DNA from: a bacterium
Lineage (GTDB): Bacteria > Bacillota_I > Bacilli_A > RFN20 > CAG-826
Assembly: GCA_029098125.1 (NCBI GenBank)
Contig: JAQXNS010000077.1
Location: 8,445-72,444, forward strand
DNA length: 64,000 bases
Direction of reading: 5' to 3'
In this document: positions 57,671 through 64,000 of the stretch, piece after piece
How positions within the stretch are numbered: the stretch's first letter is position 1
Layout of the letters: every line of letters begins with the position of its first letter
Made by a program: the position numbers and the translations under genes
Notes under the pieces: model-generated
The model's database searches: none
What the model was told of the DNA's origin: nothing
The model's input: only the letters and a program-made list of their open reading frames with translations

Positions 57671-58915
57671 TCATGGTAATGGATGCTCTTTGAGCATTCC
57701 AATCACTTCTTTTTTAATTTTTTCTAAAATTTCCTTATTTTCTCTATTTTTTAAGGCTCTATCAATAAGATTTGCTACTTTAATAAAATCTTTTTCAACA
57801 AATCCTCTTGTTGTCATTGCTGGTGTTCCAAGCCTGATTCCACTTGTAAAAGCTGGTTTTTCACTATCACCAGGAATTGAATTTTTATTTAAAGTGATAT
57901 TTACTGATTCAAGAATATTTTGAGCTTCTAAGCCTGTAATTCCTAGCGAATTTTTAACATCAACTAATAATAAATGATTATCAGTGCCATCACTTATCAC
58001 CTTATAACCTAATTTCATTAGTTCCATTGCTAAAGTTTTTGCATTTATTACTACTTGATGCATGTATTTTTTATATTCAGGCGATAAATCTTCTTTAAAA
58101 GCAACGGCTTTTGCTGCAATTACATGCATTAATGGCCCACCTTGAGTGCCAGGAAAAACTTCTTTATTAACCTTTTTTATAATTTCTTCATTATTAGTTA
58201 AAATAATGCCTCCACGTGGCCCTCTTAAGGTTTTATGAGTTGTAGAAGTAACAACATCAGCATATGGGAGAGGATTCATGTGTTCATTTGCAGCGACAAG
58301 TCCAGCAATATGAGCCATATCAACCATGAGTTTTGCTCCAACCTCATCTGCAATTTCTCTAAACTTTTTAAAATCTATTGCTCGAGGGTATGCACTTGCT
58401 CCTGCAATGATTAAATCTGGTTTAACTTCTTTTGCAATTTTTAATACTTCATCATAATCAATTAATCCAGTATTTGCATCAACGCCATATGTATAACTTT
58501 CATAATCTTTGCCACTAAATGACAATTTATAACCATGGGTTAAATGTCCACCAGCATCTAAACTCATTCCAAGTATTTTATCGCCTTTATTAATGAGTGC
58601 TCTAATTGCAGCCATGTTTGCTTGAGATCCACTATGAGGTTGAACATTAGAATATTTTGCATTAAAAAGTAAATTTAATCTGGAAATAGCAAGGTTTTCG
58701 ACAATATCGACGAATTCGCAACCACCATAATAACGTTTAGAAGGATAACCTTCAGCGTATTTATTTGTTAGAATCGAACCTTGAGCTTCCCTAACAGCTT
58801 TTGAAACAAAATTTTCACTAGCAATTAATTCAATATTTTCACTTTGTCTTTTTTCTTCTTTTTTGATTGCTTCATAAAGTTCATGATCAACTTTTTCTAT
58901 ATTTTTGTATTCCAT
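57671..58915 (-). CDS. glyA: Serine hydroxymethyltransferase
   Basis: ELIASENF and the [15 protein letters not shown]-lysine motif. Confidence 0.96.
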   Translation of the reverse strand: MEYKNIEKVDHELYEAIKKEEKRQSENIELIASENFVSKAVREAQGSILTNKYAEGYPSKRYYGGCEFVDIVENLAISRLNLLFNAKYSNVQPHSGSQANMAAIRALINKGDKILGMSLDAGGHLTHGYKLSFSGKDYESYTYGVDANTGLIDYDEVLKIAKEVKPDLIIAGASAYPRAIDFKKFREIADEVGAKLMVDMAHIAGLVAANEHMNPLPYADVVTSTTHKTLRGPRGGIILTNNEEIIKKVNKEVFPGTQGGPLMHVIAAKAVAFKEDLSPEYKKYMHQVVINAKTLAMELMKLGYKVISDGTDNHLLLVDVKNSLGITGLEAQNILESVNITLNKNSIPGDSEKPAFTSGIRLGTPAMTTRGFVEKDFIKVANLIDRALKNRENKEILEKIKKEVIGMLKEHPLP

Positions 58916-58982
58916 GTTTGCCTCCTTCTCATCCTAATAATTTTAACATTAATAGGACTAATAAGACACAAAAAGTGCAAAC

Positions 58983-59008
58983 AAAAACTCCTCAAACGAG
59001 GAGTTTTT
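58983..59008. terminator. Terminator after the PFOR gene
   Basis: AAAAACTCCTC-AAAC-GAGGAGTTTTT. Confidence 0.75.
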
Positions 59009-59027
59009 GAAATTGTAGATTTAGGAA

Positions 59028-62000
59028 TTAAAGACCGAATTTTTTAATTCTTTCCCATCTTTGTTTACAGCATTCAACATTCTTTTCGAATAATGCTTCA
59101 CATTCAGCTGGGTTAATCTTTGGAAGTTGAGAATATCTTGTTTCTTTCATGATGAAATCTCTAACTTTTGTGAAATCTGGTTCTTTACAATCGAGTTGTA
59201 AAGCTGGTTTTCCTTGAGCAGCTAAACGTGGATCATATCTGAATGTTGTGAAGTAACCACATTCAACAGCTTCTTTTTCAACTTGAATTGAGTTGACCAT
59301 ACCACCTTTAATACCTTGGTTAATACATGGAGCATAACAGATAATTAAGGATGGTCCATTATAACTTTCAGCTTCTTTAAATGCTTTGATTGCTGCCATT
59401 GGGTTAGCACCGAGAGCAACTTGAGCAACATAAACGTTACCATAAGCCATAGCCATAAGTGCTAAGTTCTTCTTACTTGTCTTTTTACCACTAGCTGTGA
59501 ATTGAGCAATTTGTCCAGTTTGTGATGATTTTGAAGCTTGTCCACCAGTATTTGAGTAAACTTCAGTATCAAGACACATAATGTTGATATCATCTTCACT
59601 AGCGATGACATGATCTAATCCGCCATAGCCAATGTCGTATGCCCAACCATCACCGCCAACAATCCAGACGCTCTTATCGAGTAAGTCGTTTTCGTAGTCG
59701 AGTAATTCTTTAACAGCTTCATCTTTACTTGCTTTAACTTCAGCAACTAAAGTTGGAATAATTGTTCTTGCAACATCTTTATTTTTGATATTTTCAAGAT
59801 ATTTTCTAGCAACTTCTTTGAGTGATTCTTCAACTGTTTCACTAGCAAGAGCAGCTTCAATGATACGGACACAATTTGCAAGTTTGTAATCTGTTGCAAG
59901 TCTCATACCATAGCCGTTTTCAGCATTATCTTCAAATAATGAGTTAGCCCATGCAACACCATTTTTATTCTTATCGTTAACAAATGGTGTAAGTGGAGTT
60001 GAACCACAGTAGATTGATGAACAACCTGTTGCGTTAGAAATTAATAAATCTTTACCAAATAATCTTGAGAGTAAGTTGTAATATGGAGTTTCACCACATC
60101 CAGCACAAGCACCGCTGATTTCCATATATGGCATTAAGAATGCAGCGCCTTTAACTGTTGTAACTGGGAATTTATCACTCTTATATTCTGTATGTTTGTA
60201 TAAGTAAGTAGCGTATTTTTCATTTTCAAATTGCGATTTTGCTTCAACAAGTTGTAATGCGAATTTGCCACTTCCTGTTTTGTTTGCAGTAATATTTGCC
60301 ATACATTCTTTAACACAAAGTCCGCAACCAACACAGTTCTTTGGTGAAACTTGGAGAATGTATTTATAACCTTTAACAGTTGCTGGTCCTTTTGCATCAA
60401 CAGCAAGATTTGCTAAACCTTCTGGTCCATTAGCAACTTCTTCATCAGTTAATAAGAATGGTCTGATTGTTGTATGTGGACAAACAAATGCACATGTATT
60501 ACATTGGATACAATTTTCTTTATTCCACATTGGAACTCTGTCAGCGATACCTCTTTGTTCAAGATATGTGACATCTTCTCTCATTGTGCCGTCTAATAAT
60601 TCATATTCAGTGAATTTTGAGACTGGTAAATCATAGCCATCAAGTGTATTGATGACATCAACATATGAATCGAAGTAATCATCACCTGTAACTGATCTTT
60701 CTCTGTTGTATGGTAATTTAGCCCATTCTGGATCGACTTTTACTTCTCTTAAGCCTTCTGTACCTTTATCGATAGCTTTGTAGTTAAGTTCAACAACTTC
60801 TTGACCTTTTCTACCATATGTTTTTAATGCAAGTTTTTTCATCCAAGCATTTGCTTCATCATAAGGCATGATTTGTGGATTTAAGTAGAAGAATGCGCTT
60901 TGTAAAATTGTATTTGTGTGTCTACCCATACCAATTTCAAGTGCGATCTTGTTAGCATCGATGACATAGAATTTTGCATTCTTTGTAGCGAGTTGATATT
61001 TAACTCTATTTGGAAGTGATGCGATTAATTTTGCATCATCCATATCTGTGTTGAGTAAGAATGTTCCGCCATTACTTAAATTCTTTAACATATCAAATCT
61101 AAAGACATAAGTATCAAGTGAACATGAAATAAATGCAGCGTGTTCAACATAATATGTTGAGTGAATTGGTTCTTTACCAAATCTTAAGTGTGAACGAGTA
61201 ACACCACCTGATTTACGTGAATCGTATGCAAAATATGCTTGAGCATATTGATGAGTTGCATCACCAATAATTTTAACTGATGATTTATTAGCGCCAACTG
61301 TACCATCACTACCTAAACCATAGAATAAGCATGATGTATAGTTGTGTTTGATTTCATAATTATCATCAACTGGGATTGATAAGAATGTAACATCATCTTC
61401 AATACCAACTGAAAAGTTGTGGTGTTCTTTTCCACTTAACATCCAATCAAATACTGATTTAATGTGTTTTGGTTGAGTATCTTTTGATGATAAACCATAT
61501 CTACCACCAATAATTCTGACATTTGTAACACCTTCAAGGTTTAAAGCTGAAACAACATCTTCATATAATGCTTCACCAACTGAACCTAACTCTTTTGATC
61601 TGTCTAAAACTGCAATTTCTTTAACAGTCTTTGGCAAAACATTGACTAAATGTTTAGCTGAGAATGGTCTATAGAGGTGAACTCTAACCATACCAACTTT
61701 TTCACCTTTAGCAGTTAAATCTTTAACGACTTCATAAGCTGTTTCGTTAACGCTGCCCATAGCAATAATAACTTTTGTTGCTTCTGGATCACCATAATAA
61801 ACAAATGGAGCATATGTTCTGCCAGTTAATTTTGAAACTTCTTCAAAATATTTTTCAGCAACTGGAAGTACGTTGTCGAAATGTTTATTTTGTGCTTCTC
61901 TACCTTGGAAGTAGATATCGTCATTTTCAGCGCCACCTTTTGTGACTGCATGTCCATGTGGATTTAAAGCTCTATCTCTGAATTTTTTAACTTTGTCCCA

Positions 62001-62597
62001 TGGTACAAGTTTTTTCCATTCTTCGTCTGCTAAGAATTCAACGTTTTGAATTTCGTGTGAAGTTCTAAAACCATCGAAGAAATGGCAAACTGGATATTCT
62101 GCATCGATTGCAACTAAGTGTGCAACTGATGATAAATCAGCAACTTCTTGAACTGAATCACTACAAATCATTGCGATACCAGATTGTCTAATTGCGTAAA
62201 CATCTTGGTGATCACCGAAAATTGAAAGTGATCTTGTTGCTAAACTTCTTGCACTAACGTGCATAACTGCTGGAAGTAATTCGCCACACCATTTATAAAT
62301 GTTAGGAATCATTAAGAGTAAGCCTTGGCTTGCTGTGTAGGTTGTAGAGAATGCACCACCATTTAATGCTCCGTGTAAAGCACCACTTGCGCCAGCTTCT
62401 GATTGCATTTCACAAACTTTAACTGTTGAATTAAAGAAATTCTTCTTTCCTTGTGAAGCATAAATGTCAACATAGTTGGCCATTGGTGAAGATGGAGTAA
62501 TAGGGAAAATTGCAGCAACTTCTGTAAAGTTATAACTCATTAAGGCTGCAGCAGTATTACCATCGACACTGAGCATAGTTTTTTTAATTTCTGCCAT
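59028..62597 (-). CDS. nifJ: Pyruvate:ferredoxin (flavodoxin) oxidoreductase
   Basis: About 1190 aa with two 4Fe-4S motifs (CIQCNTCAFVCP, CVGCGLCVKEC) and the TPP domain GGDGWAYDIG. The track start at 62624 is a TTG inside the SD. The ATG at 62597 gives MAEIKKTMLSVDGN and has an AAGGAG SD upstream. Confidence 0.93.
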   Translation of the reverse strand: MAEIKKTMLSVDGNTAAALMSYNFTEVAAIFPITPSSPMANYVDIYASQGKKNFFNSTVKVCEMQSEAGASGALHGALNGGAFSTTYTASQGLLLMIPNIYKWCGELLPAVMHVSARSLATRSLSIFGDHQDVYAIRQSGIAMICSDSVQEVADLSSVAHLVAIDAEYPVCHFFDGFRTSHEIQNVEFLADEEWKKLVPWDKVKKFRDRALNPHGHAVTKGGAENDDIYFQGREAQNKHFDNVLPVAEKYFEEVSKLTGRTYAPFVYYGDPEATKVIIAMGSVNETAYEVVKDLTAKGEKVGMVRVHLYRPFSAKHLVNVLPKTVKEIAVLDRSKELGSVGEALYEDVVSALNLEGVTNVRIIGGRYGLSSKDTQPKHIKSVFDWMLSGKEHHNFSVGIEDDVTFLSIPVDDNYEIKHNYTSCLFYGLGSDGTVGANKSSVKIIGDATHQYAQAYFAYDSRKSGGVTRSHLRFGKEPIHSTYYVEHAAFISCSLDTYVFRFDMLKNLSNGGTFLLNTDMDDAKLIASLPNRVKYQLATKNAKFYVIDANKIALEIGMGRHTNTILQSAFFYLNPQIMPYDEANAWMKKLALKTYGRKGQEVVELNYKAIDKGTEGLREVKVDPEWAKLPYNRERSVTGDDYFDSYVDVINTLDGYDLPVSKFTEYELLDGTMREDVTYLEQRGIADRVPMWNKENCIQCNTCAFVCPHTTIRPFLLTDEEVANGPEGLANLAVDAKGPATVKGYKYILQVSPKNCVGCGLCVKECMANITANKTGSGKFALQLVEAKSQFENEKYATYLYKHTEYKSDKFPVTTVKGAAFLMPYMEISGACAGCGETPYYNLLSRLFGKDLLISNATGCSSIYCGSTPLTPFVNDKNKNGVAWANSLFEDNAENGYGMRLATDYKLANCVRIIEAALASETVEESLKEVARKYLENIKNKDVARTIIPTLVAEVKASKDEAVKELLDYENDLLDKSVWIVGGDGWAYDIGYGGLDHVIASEDDINIMCLDTEVYSNTGGQASKSSQTGQIAQFTASGKKTSKKNLALMAMAYGNVYVAQVALGANPMAAIKAFKEAESYNGPSLIICYAPCINQGIKGGMVNSIQVEKEAVECGYFTTFRYDPRLAAQGKPALQLDCKEPDFTKVRDFIMKETRYSQLPKINPAECEALFEKNVECCKQRWERIKKFGL

Positions 62598-62805
62598 AAA
62601 AAAATTAATCTCCTTTTTTATCAATCACAATTATATAACTTTTGAATTCAGATATTAAGATATTTTTCTAAATATTTATAATATTTATAGCCGAAAATTT
62701 TAAAAACATTATGAAGTCAAAAATGCAATTTTTAGATTGTATAAAAAAGCTCCAATGACTTTATTTTTACCAATTTTTAGACTATACTAGCACTAGGAGA
62801 AAAAT

Positions 62806-63621
62806 ATGTTACAAAATTTATCAACTTCTGTTGGTAATATCCTTACTTCTACTCCTGGAAATTCAGTAGATAAAGGAATTATCGATTATTTTAATAATTT
62901 ATTTGATGGAAATGGATGGGGTAACTTCATTTTAATGATGATATCTTTGTTCACAACTGTTATTCTTGTTGGAATTATCGGATATCAAAGAGAAGCACAA
63001 GGGCATAATGCAGGATTCAGAACACATATTCTTGTTGGTGTCGGTAGTTGTATGATTACAATGTTGTCAATCAACGCAATTGGATATGTTGGTCCTTCAG
63101 GAACTGGATACGAAACTATGAGACTTGCAGCAAGTATTGCTCCAGGCATTGGTTTTATTGGTGCGGGTGTCATTATTAAAAATCGTACATCTATTAAAGG
63201 ATTAACAACTGCTGCGACACTTTGGGTCTCAATGGCAATTGGTATGTGTTGCGGTGCTGGGAATTTCACAATTGCAGTTCTCGGTTCAATCTCTGTTTAT
63301 TTTACTTTATTTGTTCTATATAGAGTTGAAACTTATACAGCAAAAAATTCATCACGTTTAATTATTAATTTTGAAAAAGATAGTTTAATTACATATAAAG
63401 ACATTCAAGAAGTGTTAATCGTATATCAATATAATATTAGACATTCTTCAATTAGCAATGTAACCCTTGATGGTGTCGAAACAATTGAATACACAATTGA
63501 ATTCAATAATATTTATAAAGAGCCACTTGAACTAATGTGTCGAGATATCAAAATTAAACTCAATCCAATTCGAACTACATACGAGTTAAAACACAAATCT
63601 AGACAAAAAGTATCTGAATAA
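62806..63621 (+). CDS. MgtC/SapB family membrane protein with C-terminal soluble domain
   Basis: GIIGYQREAQGHNAGFRTHILVGVGSC matches the MgtC signature. AGGAG SD. Confidence 0.8.
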   Translation: MLQNLSTSVGNILTSTPGNSVDKGIIDYFNNLFDGNGWGNFILMMISLFTTVILVGIIGYQREAQGHNAGFRTHILVGVGSCMITMLSINAIGYVGPSGTGYETMRLAASIAPGIGFIGAGVIIKNRTSIKGLTTAATLWVSMAIGMCCGAGNFTIAVLGSISVYFTLFVLYRVETYTAKNSSRLIINFEKDSLITYKDIQEVLIVYQYNIRHSSISNVTLDGVETIEYTIEFNNIYKEPLELMCRDIKIKLNPIRTTYELKHKSRQKVSE

Positions 63622-63624
63622 AAA

Positions 63625-63647
63625 AGCCAAAATCTTGGCTTTTTTTC
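63625..63647 (+). terminator. Rho-independent terminator after the MgtC-like gene
   Basis: AGCCAA-AATC-TTGGCT followed by T7. Confidence 0.75.
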
Positions 63648-63663
63648 TTGAAAAAACAATACG

Positions 63664-63698
63664 ATTATTTCAAAAACCCTACAAAACTCAACTATTTT
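63664..63698 (+). repeat. Dispersed 30-35 nt repeat, copy 2
   Basis: ATTATTTCAAAAACCCTACAAAACTCAACTATTTT. Lies between the MgtC terminator and the stop of the convergent small gene. Confidence 0.75.
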
Positions 63699-63710
63699 GC
63701 CAAAAAACTA

Positions 63711-64000
63711 CTATTTTAATACTTTTTTACAAAGCGTTATTTTTTCACATTTAGGACACTTTAATAGTCGCGATCTCATTAAATGTGGAGCAAGAAAAAT
63801 AGCACTATATACTGGTTCAAAATGTTCTTTACAATGTCTACATTCATAGTAACCAGCTTTTTGCTCTATTCTAATTGCAAATAAAGTTCCAACAATAAAA
63901 ATGATAATTGAAGAAACTAATATTATAACTTTTAAGTAAGTTTCCATTTCGATCAACGAAATAATTGCAACTGCATTTAAAACAAATAAAGTTGAAAAAA
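63711..64000 (-). CDS. Small membrane protein with C-terminal CxxC...CxxC zinc ribbon (probably 5' truncated by window end)
   Basis: TM segment plus CRHCKEHF...CPKCEK. The track start at 63956 is a TTG. The frame stays open and hydrophobic up to position 64000. Confidence 0.5.
   Translation of the reverse strand, partial: FSTLFVLNAVAIISLIEMETYLKVIILVSSIIIFIVGTLFAIRIEQKAGYYECRHCKEHFEPVYSAIFLAPHLMRSRLLKCPKCEKITLCKKVLK

Noticed and set aside
63664-63698. Repeat as a sigma-70 promoter (reverse strand TTGAGT-16 nt-TGaAATAAT in copy 2)
   Set aside because: Only copies 2 and 5 give an acceptable -10 element. Copies 1, 3, 6 and 7 do not. Copies 2 and 5 face into convergent gene ends.
63699-63713. 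In-frame continuation after a TAG TAG double stop of the small Zn-ribbon gene into the repeat (possible read-through)
   Set aside because: Two consecutive stops argue against read-through. The in-frame relation has a one-in-three chance. The continuation runs antisense into the MgtC terminator and gene.

Overview
AT-rich bacterial chromosome segment that uses the standard genetic code: TGA acts as a stop (e.g. 9349-9351) and there are long uninterrupted ORFs. Nearly everything is transcribed on the minus strand. The gene content (many Cys-lipobox lipoproteins, a BMP/nucleoside ABC importer, a membrane-anchored nuclease, PFOR) suggests a Mollicutes/Acholeplasma-like or related low-GC Bacillota genome; this is inference only. 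The core (12.7-27.5 kb) is a complete S10-spc-alpha ribosomal superoperon, rpsJ through rplQ. It includes an rpmJ gene missing from the ORF track, plus secY, adk, map, infA and rpoA, but has no rpmD. Directly downstream lies a five-gene surface lipoprotein operon (two M6/InhA-like Zn-metalloprotease lipoproteins, two mutually paralogous unknown lipoproteins, one Big_2 lipoprotein). It is followed by a HAD phosphatase, a small degenerate DUF86-like ORF and a GH3 beta-glucosidase that runs off the left edge. The right half holds a queuosine salvage locus (queT-tgt-queA behind a preQ1-like pseudoknot, queH nearby). It also has a purine/nucleoside salvage theme: a guanine-type riboswitch in front of a BMP lipoprotein and ABC importer, prs, guaD, a PfkB kinase and a membrane-anchored endonuclease I. 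Other genes there are lipid genes (plsC-like, DagK-like), an ABC-F ATPase, a third M6 lipoprotein with an alpha/beta hydrolase, and a Y-family polymerase convergent with an XRE-HTH/pseudo-ImmA protein. Further right come a yybP-ykoY (Mn) riboswitch in front of a P-type ATPase, then nnr-xth-glyA, PFOR and an MgtC-like gene. I saw no rRNA, tRNA, CRISPR, transposase or integrase. The least explained signals are a 30-35 nt repeat family found at seven dispersed sites (two of them inside CDSs) and an unusually long 776-bp non-coding spacer with its own short iterated motifs. There is also a roughly 125-aa insertion in the ABC ATPase, and the r-protein N-terminal extensions of rplE and rplV share an identical 20-nt 5' coding segment.
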